Source: Geosiphon pyriformis uo1
Taxonomy: Eukaryota; Fungi; Glomeromycota
Assembly: GCA_016748015.1 (NCBI GenBank)
Contig: JAAOMT010000446.1
Location: forward strand, 125,752 to 189,751
Reading direction: 5' to 3'
DNA: 64,000 bases
The notes under the pieces are model-generated. The model ran no database searches. It was given only the letters and a program-made list of their open reading frames with translations, and was not told the origin of the DNA. This document shows, one piece after another, positions 39,425 to 53,800 of this stretch; positions within the stretch are counted from its first letter, which is position 1; the number at the start of each line of letters is the position of its first letter. Both the position numbers and the translations under genes were made by a program.

Positions 39425-41544
39425 TTATAAAAAGAACCGTGTCAACTCCTAAAGGCCCATATTATGTATTCTTTAAGAATTTACTTTTATTTCTCACCTG
39501 CTGAAATTCATCAGGTCTCAAAGATAATTCTTTTTGAACGAGCTCACGCCTCTGTCGCAATCTCCTATTTCTGCGCATTTCAGCTCCTTCACTTATAGAA
39601 TATTCCTCCTTTTTGTCTACTCTAACGCCAGGAACTGGTGTGGGAACGTTTGTCAGATCCACAGCGACTAGATGGAATAAAATTTTTTGCTGAAAATTTT
39701 ACTTTAGCCCATTTGTCATAAAAGTCCATATGTCAATAGATATCTTACCCATAGTATAAAATCCATCATTAGTAAAAAACCTTTCACCAGTCATTAGATT
39801 TTCTAAGGGACAAGAACCAATGAAAAAAACTCAGATTCCCTGCAGCTCGATCCCATCTAAGTATGTAAATACATACCAGCTTCAACTGTAACATAAATTT
39901 CTAAGCTAGAATGAAATGTACAAGATACCATCGATCGTACCGTAATACAGTCACCAACGTAGGTTGGTTTAAGAAACTGCAATGAATCAATACTTTTTGA
40001 AAAATATAAATGGGATTTTATCGTGTTGAATAATAATTTTTCATAGAGAAAACATCAATCCTTACCTAGCCAATAAGAGATATCGTCTGGCATGCCTGGA
40101 AGCACTGATAAGACAACATTGTTCCATCCATTTCATAATTTGACCACCGAATGTGATCTGTTGACAGAATAAGAATCCGATTTGCGATTGAGATTGAAAC
40201 TGCTTGAGAAACAGCTGTTTGGTAATCAGGCTAGAAAAAATCAAATACTTGTAATGTATTCGCGTGCTGAGGAAGTACAGTTTCTACCACTTCAGCAAAG
40301 CTTTCAGATATAGCCTTATGTGCTGGTTGAGGTATGTTTCCAGTTATCAATGTTGATTTTCTTCTTTTGAGATAGAGATTAGCAGGGTCATTGGATCCTT
40401 CTTCATTGTCATATTCTTCCGGCTCTTGTAAAAGTGCAGGAATTTCGGCACTGCTCATAGTCTCTGTATTCGTATTCTTTGACCATTCACGCATTAGTTC
40501 TCGTAGCACTGCCATCTTGCTTTCTTGAGAGTGTCCATCGTTATTAGATGGTTCCCTATGACTGATGCGCGCCTTGCGACGTTCCTCTGCCATATTAAAA
40601 CGTTGTGTTTCAACAGCAGTAGTTGGAATGATACGAGGAACTTGCGCAGTAGGATTAGGATTTCGCAATTTTGAAGATTTAGAACCATTTTGAACCAAGG
40701 CAACAAATGTCAAATATGCTAATATTCCAAAGATTAACCAATTGAATTGAAAATAATTAAGTATTAGACTAAATCCATTTTCCAAAATTGTCGCAAGGAT
40801 TTCTTGATCTTACCGTGGCAACAATATTTTTTTTTTCCAGTTAAAGGATTTTCAGTCTCAACTCTTACCCCAACCTGACAAGAAAAATCAGACAAATTGA
40901 GTAAAACACATCTTTACTTATGTAGCAACGGAATTCAAATTTTGTACTTGGTAGCTTGACATTTAGCTTACCATTTATGAATCCTACCTCCATTGACGTA
41001 TTCCAAGCCCTGTTTACACAAGCCTGAATAACAAGAAAATCGCCAACCTTGATTGGATGCATAAAGTGTACTGCATCAACACTTCGCGTCACCTTGAAAG
41101 TAAGATTTATTTTGTCAATAGTAAAAAATTGTGTTCCTTTATTATATTATCAGATTATCAATGTATAAAATTTTTAAAGTACGCATGGATGGGCTGCGTG
41201 CTTCTTAGCGGCTGTCCCGGCGGCAACATCAATCCACCCCAATACATCACCGCCAAAAACGAAACCACGAGTGTCTGCGTGTTGTGGTGATATAATTTCA
41301 GTCATAGTAATACTTTAGGAACATTTATATAAAAAATATTTAGAGCGAAGTTACATATAAATAGGCAGAACAAGGGAATCGTAGCTTACCGCGATGAATA
41401 GGCAGGTTTAGCCTCAGAGACCTTCCAATGAGAAGACTCATTCGTTGCTACGACGTTGGATTCCTCTAATAGGGGTCCCCCATCGGATTGAAACATCCAG
41501 TTAATAATATTTATTAGCCGAACACGTATTGCCTCCAAGCTCAT
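39425..41544 (-). CDS. Double hotdog-fold acyl-CoA thioesterase (ACOT7/11/12-like)
   Basis: MTEIISPQHADTRGFVFGGDVLGWIDVAAG, VTRSVDAVHF, VNRAWNTSMEVG; second domain VLPQHANTLQITFGGQIMKWME, SLEIYV. Confidence 0.9.
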
Positions 41545-41752
41545 ATTTTAGTGCATCAAAAGTGAAATGTATATTTTAGGCTTTTCAGAGGGATTGGCAG
41601 TTTATGTTTACAGTCTACGCTTCTATCAGTTATATTTATGTGCTCGTTTCTATTATAGTGCCTGAAATTACGTATAGTATATATTAGGCAACAAATTAAA
41701 TTAATATCTATCACTACAGAAAATGATCACGGATCATTAGTCTTTAATTTAA

Positions 41753-43463
41753 TCACAAATGTTTGCCCAATTCCATTTTTTTCTTGAGAGTTTTCTCAGC
41801 GTTGTAAATAAAACCATCCAATATTCCAGCAATGGTGAATATACCTCCGATGATTGCACACACTCCGGTTAGAAAATGGGTAAACCTTTTACGTTGTTCA
41901 CTATTTATAATCAACATAGGTGATATTTCATAATAAAAAAATACACCTGTCAAGAAGAAATTAAATAAACCGTTTAGCCGATTTTTATATAAATTTACTA
42001 AAGTGCATAGGGACTTACCGGGTAAACCGCTACCATGACTATGTGAATTAGACTTTTTAGCATGACCTGACAGATCTCGTTCATATTGGGTTACTGAAAA
42101 CTGATTTGTATAAATACTAGTTCCATTTAAATAATGAAATTGCGTTGCGACTACTTTGTGAAAATATTGATACTGGTAATTGCCTAATATAGTGTTTTAA
42201 TTAGAATTTTAAATTAAAAAATTAATCCCGCTAATTTTTTGACATGACTTACCTTCTTGAATTATCTTTTTTTCTCCATCCAAAGGGTTAATCACACCAT
42301 CAACTATTGGACCATAACTCAAATGATGAATTATGTGGGAAAAATCATGTTTAGTAGTATCATCAAGAAAAGGTTGAAGGTCATGAACATGCATATGATT
42401 CTGTTGAAAACTTTTCCCAGGAGCAAAATGAAAATTTCCTGCTACTTTATTCACTCTGACTGAACCAGCCAGGTTACATCCTTCTTTTGATTGAGATTTT
42501 AGTTTTTCTATCCATCCTTCTTTAATACACTATAATTAAGATTTTTTTACTGTTAAACCTTTGCTTTAAGGAAAGTTCAAGTGGAAAAATTTTACCTGTT
42601 CAATTTGGTCAGCCGTGGTAAATGACCAACCCTTTTTTACGTAAGCTTCTCGCACTTCTTCGCAAGTGTTACAGCATCCACTTTCCGGCTCTTCACCTCC
42701 ATAACAACTACCGCAATAGGGTTTTAAAGCTAGATCAGTTGAATTACCAGTATCGGTATTATTCACCAATTTGTGAAAATCTTTGGTTGCATCCCCAAGT
42801 TCTGTTTTACGCGTGAAATGCTTAAAAATGATTCAATATTGAGAATAAAGCATGTGAAATGGTCCTCACTGCGGAATGATATATTTTTTAGCGACCTTTG
42901 GCTTTCTCTATATGTACTTGATTTCCGTCAGGGTCCAGGCGAGTTTTATAGATATCGTGAGCTAAATCATCATTGTGTACTTCGCCTGCAGAGTCCAAAA
43001 CGTCAACACTTAATACTGAATCAAGAAAAATCAAATTTTAGTAGTAGTAGTAGTAGTAGTAGTATTTAAAAGGATGTTCAAATTAGCTCATTTCTTTTAA
43101 TCATTTATGTAGATGTTCCTTATTTCGAAACTCACAATAACATGGAACTTTGAGAAAAGTAACGTTTATGTTTATCGTCAGTTGTTCTTTTCGACTCTTA
43201 TCAACCACTAGTTGCCCCTTTATTTCAGGTCGCTTATAGTCAGCGTACTCAGACAATAATAATACAGCTATAAGACAGGCGCTTATAATCGTTACTATCA
43301 AAAAAGAGGCATTTAGTTCACTCTCAATGAGAAAATTCAAAGAAGTACTCGAGGCTTCCTTACACGTTGCACCATAATATGTTCTTACGCGAAAATCTTC
43401 AAGGGTCTTGGCATAGGCGTCAAGGCTTTGGAAACGACTCAGAAAAGAACCGTGTTTCGGCAT
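41753..43463 (-). CDS. ERV46: ER-derived vesicle protein Erv46 / ERGIC3
   Basis: LDAYAKTLEDFRVRT, YCGSCYG..CCNTCEEVREAY, NKVAGNFHFAPG, NPLDG, PGVFFYYEISPM, FLTGVCAIIGG, C-terminal LGKHL. Confidence 0.95.
43039..43064. repeat. (AGT)n microsatellite in an ERV46 intron
   Basis: Read directly from the sequence. Confidence 0.85.
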
Positions 43464-46400
43464 ATTGTATATCGAGCAAATATCTTTGATCAGTCCAAAC
43501 TTGAACTAAGAGCTTACCTGTCATCACATTGTTTTAAAACAGTTAGATCGTCTAATTCGCCACTATGCAAAGAAATTAACCCACATGATGCTCACTTACA
43601 ATCGTAATAATGCAAAAAAATATAATTAAAATTCAACTAGCAAATTAAAATCCTATTTTTAAACACAATATATTTTTCAAAGTTGTAAACACTTTTTTAG
43701 GTTGTTTATTAAAGTTAAATTACTCTTTTATTATTTTTATTGTCATACAATACTTTTTTTTTTGTTATTTATTAGCTTGTTATATTTAATTATAATGTTA
43801 TATTGCTTAGAAAACCTGTTTTTGTAATAATCTTATTTAAAAAAAACTATTATTAAATTTATGTTTTATTTTTGTGTTCTTAAATTTAAATATTTAAACA
43901 CTATATCTTTTTAATAACTAATTGGTTTTGTTTAATAAAATAGTTTTGGTTTTTAAATATTTATATTTTTTGTATTTTTAATAAAATTTAATTACTTTAT
44001 TTAAAATATAATATTAAAATAAATAAATTTATATATTATATTTTTATTCTTAATTATAATAGTATATTATATAATAAATTTTTCTTATTTAATGAATTAT
44101 TATTAACATAAAAAGTTAGAAATTCATAATTTTATTTAGATAACACTATTAATTTTTATATTATTTACTTTTAAAAGCTAAATTATAGATTTAGTATACA
44201 AATTTTTTATATATAATTAATTATTTAAACTTAAATTAAAAACTATTTAATTATTTTTAAACTAAAAACATTTAATTTTTTAATTTTACTAAAGTATTTA
44301 GCATATATTTATTTATTTTTAACATATTTATGTTATTATTTTTTAATTATATTTTTATAAAACTTAATATTATTATTTAATATAATATATATTTTATATA
44401 TTTTTTTATAATTGATAATAATTAACAAAAACTTTAAAAACAACAAAAAGAAGTTTTTTTTCTAAAATTTAATGATAATAATACTGGTTTTTTTTGTAAT
44501 GGTTGTTTTAGCAAATAATATTAATAATACCAATATAAATAATACAACAAAAACTAAAAATATTAATATAAATAAGTATTATTTAGTAGAAAAACTATTT
44601 TTAGTTCAAACAATAACAGTAAATTAAAAATAATTAATATAAATACTATTTTTAAAGTATTAAAAATTAAAACATTTATAATAATTTTAATGAAAATAAT
44701 AAAGTTAATGTTTTTTTTACTTTTTTTTAAGATCAAAATAAATGTACTAATATTAAAAATTTTTATTTTAAATATAAATTTTTTAATTATTAATAAGAAG
44801 TTTTTTTAGTTTAAAAAAAAATATTTATCTTTTCAAAATTTAATAAGATAATTTATGTAATTTGTATATTTAAATTTAAACTATAAATTTAATAAGCAAC
44901 AATAATATAATAATTAATATTAATTTTATGCAATCAGTAAATAAATAAATAAATAAAAAAATTAAACAATAATAATTAAAAAAATTTTAATAAAATATTT
45001 AAAAAAACTATATGTATTATATTATTTGAATTTAATATTATTAAGTCAATTAAGATATAATTAATAAAGCTATAATTAATAAAGCTATAATAAAAAATAC
45101 TAATAGAATTTGGTATGATGAACCAAGCCAATTTTTTGGCATTAAAGTAGTCTATTTTTATTAAAAAAATATAAACTGTATAATTAAAATTAATATTAAT
45201 AAATTTTTTTAAAACACCAAAAATATTAACAAAATTTTAATTTATATTTTACTAATAAAAATAATTATACATAATTTGTAAGATTTTTTGAAGTTAATTA
45301 GTAAAAATAATTATTATCTAATTATATATATGTATATTAAATATATAATTATTTGTTTTAAATTTAAAAAATATTTAATAGTAATTTTAATTATAATTTT
45401 AATTCTTAAAACTTTAATTTAAAATAGATTAAGTTAAAATTATTTTTTTACTTTGCATATAAAAAATACAATTATGTTTTATTTTTATGTAACTTTAGTG
45501 TTTTATTAATTTTCAAAGCCAAAACCAATAAAAAACTTTTTTTAAAATTAAATAAATACAGATTTTTTGTTATTTATACCAAAAAACAGTTTTAATTACT
45601 TAATTAATATTTTTTAATAATTTTTTGTAGTTTTCTTTTATTTAATACTGCTGTTATTTTTTTTGTTAATTATATTTTCTATAAATATTTATTTAAATGG
45701 TTTTAAATAATTTTTAAAACTATTAACATATTAAGTTTTTGAAATTTCTTATAAATTGAATTTGTTTTTTTTGTATCCTTTTTTTTTTATTTCAATTTGT
45801 TGTATTTAAGATTTTTTTAATTGTTATAAGTTTAAATATAATTATAAATATTATAAATATGGTTTTTTGTCTTTAAATTATAATAGTTTAAAAATTTTTA
45901 TTGTTAAAATAGATAATTTAAAATCCAATATATTAGTGCTTAAAAAATTTGTAAATTTAATTTTAAGAAGATTAAATTATTTGTGTATTGGTTTTGGCTT
46001 TTTTTTATTCTTTTTTTTAATAACCAATTTTATTTAAAAAATTGTTATATGTAATATTTAAAACAAAATAATATTATTTTTAATATAAAAAAAACAGTAA
46101 TTTTATTTTTATTATAACAAAAATTAAATTAAAGTATAAAATTAAATCATAAATTAACAATAAATTTAATAGAATTTATATATTTATATCTAATTTAAAT
46201 TCGAATTTTCTGAATTCTAAAATTATTATTATATATAGATTATATATTAAAATTTCTGTTAATATATAATTGACTTATTGTAAAAGTATTTAATAAAAAT
46301 ACTTTTATTATCTTAAAAAATAGCTTTAATAAAAATATTTTATTGTCTTAAAAAATATCTTTAATAAAAATAATTTAAAATTTAATGTCAGTTTACAATT

Positions 46401-46854
46401 TAGATTTGGTTAATTTTTTTTTAATAGTTTATTTATTAAACCTTTAATATAAAAAACTTATATAGTATTAAAAAAACAATTAAATTTATTTTGGGGGTTT
46501 TTTTTTTTAATACTATAGTTATTTATAATATTTTAAATATACAGAATTTTTTTTATAAATTATAATACTATAATAATTTTTGTTAATTTAAAAGACTTAT
46601 TAATATTTAGTTTTGTGTTTTATATAAACAAACCAATAAAAATTATTAGAAATTTTAAGTATAAAAACACTAATAATCTTAAGTAAATTTAATTTAAAAA
46701 AATTTTTTTGTGTTAGATTATAATTATTTCAGATGTTTTTAGATTATTAAATTAAATAATAATTTGGATATTATGTAAAATTATTTTAAAACATTGTGTA
46801 TTTTTTTACAGATTAAGTATTTTCTAAATTTTAGTATAATAAGTTAATATATAT

Positions 46855-47646
46855 TGTTACAAGTTATTATTTGGGGTTTCAAAGCAAATAACAGATCTGT
46901 AACTTGATGCTTAATTGATATAATTAGGTTGGTTTCTAAAGATTTATTGATCTAAAGGTTTTTGTTGTGGAGTTCTTTGTATAATGGACAGAGATTTAAT
47001 GATAATATTGCTGTTGTTAATAAGTTGTTTTCCCAATTTCTTTTTTAGCTTGGTGGCCAAATTTATTCTGGTAGTCGTGCTTTTTTAGTAAGCTGTCTGT
47101 TAATATATATATAATTCTACCCTTATTTCTGAATTTTTTACCAGACTATTCATGACATCAATAACTTTAGTGCTTAATCTTTAATCAATTAGTAAAACAA
47201 AAAAATAACAAAGAAAATAAAAAAAATAAAAAAAAAATAAAAAAAAATAAAAAAATAAGCCAAGGCAGTTGCAAGTTAATATCCTGTTAATAGCCGTGAT
47301 CAAGAGCTATTGTTTTTATGTGGTTAAGTATCAATTACTATCAATATAAAGTATTGATAGTGGAAAGTAGATTAAGATAGTGAATAATTATTTATTGATA
47401 TTTGTGATGTCGAAGGTTGTTTAAATCAAATTTAAACTAAGAGGTCTGTCTTTTCTACTTCTAATACTATCACTATATATACATAATTAAGATTTCTCAA
47501 TTTCTCAATTCTTTACACCAGGAATCCTGCAATTCCTAGAATCCTGCAATTCCTCTAAAAGAAATTCTGGAATTTTACATTTACTACAATTATTTCTGAT
47601 TGGCTAATTTATATGCTAATATACTTCCTATATTCTATAAGTAACA
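46855..47646 (+). mobile_element. Solo LTR (probably Ty3/Gypsy), 792 bp
   Basis: Termini TGTTAC...GTAACA; 4-bp TSD ATAT/ATGT; alignable by eye to revcomp of 51963-52728; orientation label is arbitrary. Confidence 0.85.
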
Positions 47647-48619
47647 ATGTAAAAAAAAATTTATATATTATGTTTTTATAATTAAAAATTATTAGTTTTT
47701 AAAATTTTTAAATCATTTGTTTTATGTATAAATAAATAATTATAAACTCTTTAAAAATTTTAATAATTTGAACTTTAATATATGATAAATTTAATTTTAA
47801 TATTATTAAATTAATTTTATTTAAAACTAAAAAAAATTATTGTCTTTTTAAATTTAATGAATTTTAAAAGATTAAAACAGATAAAATTAATATAATAATT
47901 TAAAAAAATATAAAAAATTTTATTAATAATATAGACTATATAATTTATATTATTTTAAAATATTTTTTTTATAAAATTATTTTAAATTATTTAATTATAA
48001 ATAATAAGTTATTTTAAATCTTATAATATTAAATTATTTGTTGATTAAATTATCAAAAATTAAATCAGAAAACATATTATATTTCACAAATATTTTTATT
48101 TTTAACAGTATTAATATGTTTTTTTAATTATATTAATAATATTATTTTTATTGATATTATAATTAAAATCAAATATAATAAACTTTTAGATATTATTAAA
48201 AAAATTTTTAATAGCAAAGCTGTTAATTTGTTTAATATTTTAAATAAGCTTTAAAAATATTGTAATAAATATATTATTGTTTTATTATTAAATTTGCTAA
48301 ATTTTTATTTAATATTAAAATTTGTTTCTGTTTAATAAAAAAAAGTTTAAATATTAATAATTCTAAAATTTTATAATTGAAAAAATTATAACTAATATTT
48401 ATTTTATTATTTTAATTAAAACTACCAAAAAAATTTTGTTAAAAATTTTATTTAATTGTATTTTTGCTATTTACAACAAATTTAATATTCTTTGTAAAAA
48501 TAATTTTTTGGTATTAAAAAATATTTCTATTTTTTTATTAATTTTTGCTGTAAATTTAATTGTAAAAATATTTTAAAAAAAATTATAAATTATAATTGGT
48601 TTTATAAAATATATATAAA

Positions 48620-49540
48620 ATATATTATATTTACTGGAAGATTAAACTTAAGTCTAATATTATTAATAAAAACATAATTAAAAATGTAGATTAGGTTTAA
48701 ATATTATTAGTTTGATATTTTGACTTATATATAATTTCAAATTTTACAAGTAGACCTATTGCTAGTTTGTGTTTATATTTTATAAAAATTGTGTATTATT
48801 ATTTGTTTGTTATTATTTATAAATGCTTATATAATAGGGAATATTTTAGTGTATTATGTTTTTATTGTAAAAAGATGGAAGTTTTTGACTATTTTTTACA
48901 TACAAGATAAATTTTGTTGTTTGCAAAAGAATGTTTGAGTTTTGTATAGTTTAGTGGGATTCTATATTAGGATTGGACTTATTATTATCTTGTATCTTAC
49001 AAATATTTTTTTTATATATATTTAATAATATTATTTATACTGCTTTGTATAAAAATTTTGTGTTTAAAGAATAGTTTTTGAAAACTGTGTTTGTTTTTAC
49101 TTGTATCAAAGATGTAAATAAAAAGATTATTAACTTTATACAAGATTTGAGGATAGTTTATTGTATTAATATATAATTGATAAGGTTTAAGTATAAGATA
49201 ATTATAAAGAAAAATAATTTAATTATACATAATAGTTTTCTATCCTTAATAGTTTATAATCTGTCAATTTTATTTTTAAACAATATTGTTAAGTTGCTTA
49301 AAATTATAAAAGTGCATAGTATTAGTTTTGGCTTTTGTAAACTTTGCATATTTTTTTCTGGTATTAATTGTATAATTTCTGTTAAAATAAATTTATAATA
49401 TTGTTTTAATTGGCTCAAATAACTAATTATATATTTTTTATATATAATTTGTATCTAATTTAGATTATTTAATTTGATATATTATGCTAAATAGCATTTG
49501 AATTTTACTTATAAAATAAAATAAAAAAATAAAATAAAAT
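48620..49540 (+). mobile_element. 5'-truncated LINE relic (ORF2 C-terminus, 3'UTR, A-rich tail)
   Basis: Decayed SVLCFYCKKMEVFDYFF knuckle and ..SFGFCKLCIFFSGI..* parallel to SVLYLQYKEVEFSNYMF and ..NFGFYKSCLFFSSL..* in the minus-strand LINE; similar 3'UTR; boundaries approximate. Confidence 0.75.
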
Positions 49541-50819
49541 ATTTAATATAATTAGTTAATTTTATTTAAAAATTTAAAATATATAATAAATTTATTAAGT
49601 TTTTTGGTAATATTTATAGTAATAAAATTAACTAAATTATAACTGATTTTAGATTAATTATAATTACTAAAAAAAAATTGATATTTTTTTGTTAATAAAA
49701 AATTTATTTAAGTTTAGTTTAACTAAATCAATTTTTTTGCAAATATAATCTTAAAAAAAACTATTTTTAATAAATAATTTTTGCATTTAGTTTTAACTAT
49801 TTTGCAGTTAATTATTAATTACAAATTTGAATTTAGTTTTATTTTAAAAAATATGTATTAAAAATAAAATATAATAATTTAAAAAAACTTAAAATTAAAA
49901 ATTAATCTTTTAAAAAACTTTTTAAATAAAATTTTACATAATTTTTTGTTATAATTTAAAATTTTTTAAGCAGATTTAAATTAAAACTAAGATTGTATTA
50001 TTACTGATTTTTTTAAATACTTTAAATATTGTAAATTAGTTTTTTAATTATTGTTTTTTAGATTTATAAATTGTAAGTTAGATTTATAAAAATCTATTAC
50101 AATTTTCTATTAAGTTAAAAATTAGTTCAATTAATAATTTTTTGGTTAAAATAATCAGAATTTTTTTAAATTATAATATTATTTTTACAAATTCTCTGTT
50201 AATAATATTTTACTTAATAAATAATATTATTATATTAAATATTTTAGGTATTTTATTGTATTATAAAATAATTAGTATTTTGAAAAAATTTGATGTAGTT
50301 TTTATAAACAATTTATTAATAAATATAATTATAATTTTAATTAAAAAACTTTTTATTATTAAAAAAATCTAAATTTAAAGAGTTCTATACTGTTTTATTT
50401 GTTAATTAAAATTTTGGTTGTTAAAATATACATAATTTAAGTTATTTTTTTGTACTTAAAAGTATTTAAAAGAAATGAATTTACTTATTATAAGTATTTT
50501 TATAAATAATTTATTAAAAAACTTAAGTTTATATAAAGTAATTAGTAATACTTTAATATTTTTTAAAAATTTAAACATAAATATTAGCATTTGTGTTTTT
50601 GGTTTAATTTTGTTAATATTGGCTAAATTATAAGCTATTTTTTTAATATTTGAATATATATTAGTATTTAATATAATAAAAATTTATTTTAATTACCAAA
50701 TTTTTTTTAATATTTATGTTTTTAAGTTTATTTGAAATTATTTAATTTTTATAATTATTGTTAAATAAAAAAAAACAGATTATTTATTTTATTTATAAAA
50801 AACATATTTTAGTTGTTTA

Positions 50820-53800
50820 TTTTTTTTATTAATATTTAATGAGTGCAGTTTAATTATTATCTAGTATATAGAGTCAAAACTAAAGACTTTAACTAGACAT
50901 AATTTACACTTTTACTATATGTAACTAGTTATTTAGACCAATTAAGAAAACACTATATTCTTATATAAACTGTAGTCTTACCACTTAGACTAGAAAAAAA
51001 CAAACAAGACTTATAAAAACCAAAGTTAATATCAAAAAACTCATCAACACCAATTAATTTAACTACTTTATCTGATAAATCCAGTACCAATCTACAAAAA
51101 GCATTAGAAATTATCCTATAATTACTAATTAAATCACACTTTTGCATATCTGCTCTGCATTTAAATCTAAACTTCTACAGATTAATATGATGTTGCTTAT
51201 ACAAGCCATGTACAAAACCAGAATCTGAATAGTCTTTTTATGATTTTTAAATATCTGTACAGCCTTATTATATTAATTTTTAAGAACAAAGCCTTTATAC
51301 AAAAAAGCATACAAGTCAACATCCAATAAACATAAATAAAAAAATTCTACTATGATAAAAATAAATACATAAAACTCTACCAAAAACTTTCAAATTGCAA
51401 TTTGTTTAAGCAAAATTTTTTTACAGACATCAAACTCTTAAACACATATGAACATGTAATTAGAAAACTCAACTTCTTTATACTGTAAATACAAAACACT
51501 TAAATATTTCTTATCATAAAGTTTTTTCCTAATAGTAATTAGTAATCTCTTATAAACTGTTTTCATAAAATACATACATAAACTAATTATAACCCAATTT
51601 GTAAAACCAGACAGCATATGTAAGTTTAGGTGTCAAACTGTAACAGTTTGAACCCAATCAACTTTTCAAACCAGAAAGCTATTCAGTATCTTAAAACCAG
51701 GCTCATTTTTTCAATAAACATAATACATTAATTTATAAATATTCTGAACAAAATAGTGAATATTATCAGTTATTAACAAACCATCAATCTTGATAAATCA
51801 TTCATATACATTACTAAACAGAATCATAGATATACTAACAGTTTCACTAGTCAAAGCATCCACTTTAACATTACTCAAAACACAAAAATAACTCTTAACT
51901 TTTGACCAAACTACTGAAAAATCTTTATCACTAATTAAATTTACTATGTGCTTTTTTTTCATTATTATTCATAAAGAAAACATATAAAAAAAAATAGTAA
52001 GAAAACAGATAGACTAATAAGAGAGTAGTAGTTAGCACATGAACACATTGGTTAAGAAATTATAGCATATTATTCAGGAATATGAGTGATCTCATAGAAT
52101 CTTAATTATGTATATATAGCAAGAACATTAGAAACAGAAAAGAAGCAGAATCAGAACCAAGACTTTTCTATTACAATATATTTATTAAAATCATTAATAT
52201 TAATAAATAATTATTCAACATCTAAATCACTCTTTCTACTATTAACACTTTATGTTAATAATATTGAATACTTAATCATGCTAGAACAATAGCTTTTGAT
52301 CATGACTATTGACAAGATACTAACTTTATTGTCTTGGCTTATATTTTTATTTCTTTAATTTTTTTTTGTATTTTATTTTTTTTTGTAGTTTACTAATTGA
52401 TTAAAGATTAAACATGAAATAATTGACATCAAGGATAGCCTGGTAAAAGACTCCAAAGAAAGAGTATAGAGTTTAAAAATTTAAGAATAGCTTACCAAAA
52501 AGACATCTCTGCCAGATTACTAACCATTATACTAAGAAAAAAATTTGATGGAATTGTGATTCTGGAAGGCTATGAAAACACTATTGAATTTCTGTTCATT
52601 ATACAAAGAACTCCAATCCAAAACTTTCAGATTACGAAATCTTTATATACTACCAATTATAGCAACTATTAAGCACCAAGTTATGAGTTTGTTATTTAAT
52701 TTGAAATCTCAAATAATCATTTGTAATACCATCCAGCATTAGTTTTGAAAATCAAGATTTAACATCTCCAATTTCAAAATATATGTATTTATGGCAGCCT
52801 GACTGTCCACAACTATAGCATAAAAAGAGAGCACACATTCCAAAACCAGAACAACCGTTTGTAACTCAGTTATTGTTAATAACAGCAAATTATTAACTCT
52901 TACACCAATTTTCAGTCAATTTTAGAAAAATATACAGCAGTTTTACTAGCCACAGCAAAAAAATTTAAACTCTTTAACAAACTATTTGTATACACAGTAA
53001 TTATATTTACTTACACTTCATGAAAATGATTCTTCAAAGCTAAAAACTGACTTAATAAAACAACATCACTGCTATTTGACTCAAGAATTACATCAAAAAA
53101 AACTGGAGTGTATTTAATATTGTCCAAGAAATCTGATGCCAAAACAAACCAAGAAGGCACAGGTCTTTTAAGATCTAATTTTTTTTAGTGGTGAATGTTT
53201 TCTAATCCAAACTTTCATTCTACTTATTCAAAAATCTGTCACAAAAAGCCATACCAAATCTCTTTAAGGATTTAACTTTCTTATAATACAATAAAGCTCT
53301 TAAAATGTCCAACATTAGAAATTTGTCAAAACTAAAAAATGCACAAAGCAAATTATTGTTTAATGAGAAGCTATTATTTAAAAATATGTACACCACTCCC
53401 ACCAGAAAATTGTTAAAAAGATTAACATACAACTTCACCAAATGCTGTAATAGATTCAAGAGAGTCTAGCCCAAAACTTAAAGATTCAAAAATCTGTATT
53501 CAAAAAGCCAACTGAGAATTTCAGAAGCATTCACAAAGACAACAGCTGAAAAAACCTTTTCTTTTGTCTGAATTTGTTCAAATTTTTTTAGATTATACAA
53601 CAAAAGATGATGCAGTAATTTACTTAGAAAGTCACAGAGCAATTCAGCTTTTGACTTAAGATTTTTTCTAATTAAAACATTTTATTAATAACAAATTCCA
53701 GAAGAAACAAAACTAAACTACAAATAATAATTAACAATAGATTATAAAACTATCAAAACTAGATATAAAAACTGCTTATTTGTAACAGTTTTTCTTAGAA

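Noticed and set aside
43561-43575. CACTATGCAAAGAAA at the edge of the AT block as a CACTA transposon terminus
   Set aside because: No matching TAGTG end with a 3-bp TSD found; a 5-mer match is expected by chance
46855-52728. Inverted LTR pair as the ends of one TIR or DIRS element
   Set aside because: Each copy has its own TSD and one lies inside a LINE, so they are independent solo LTRs
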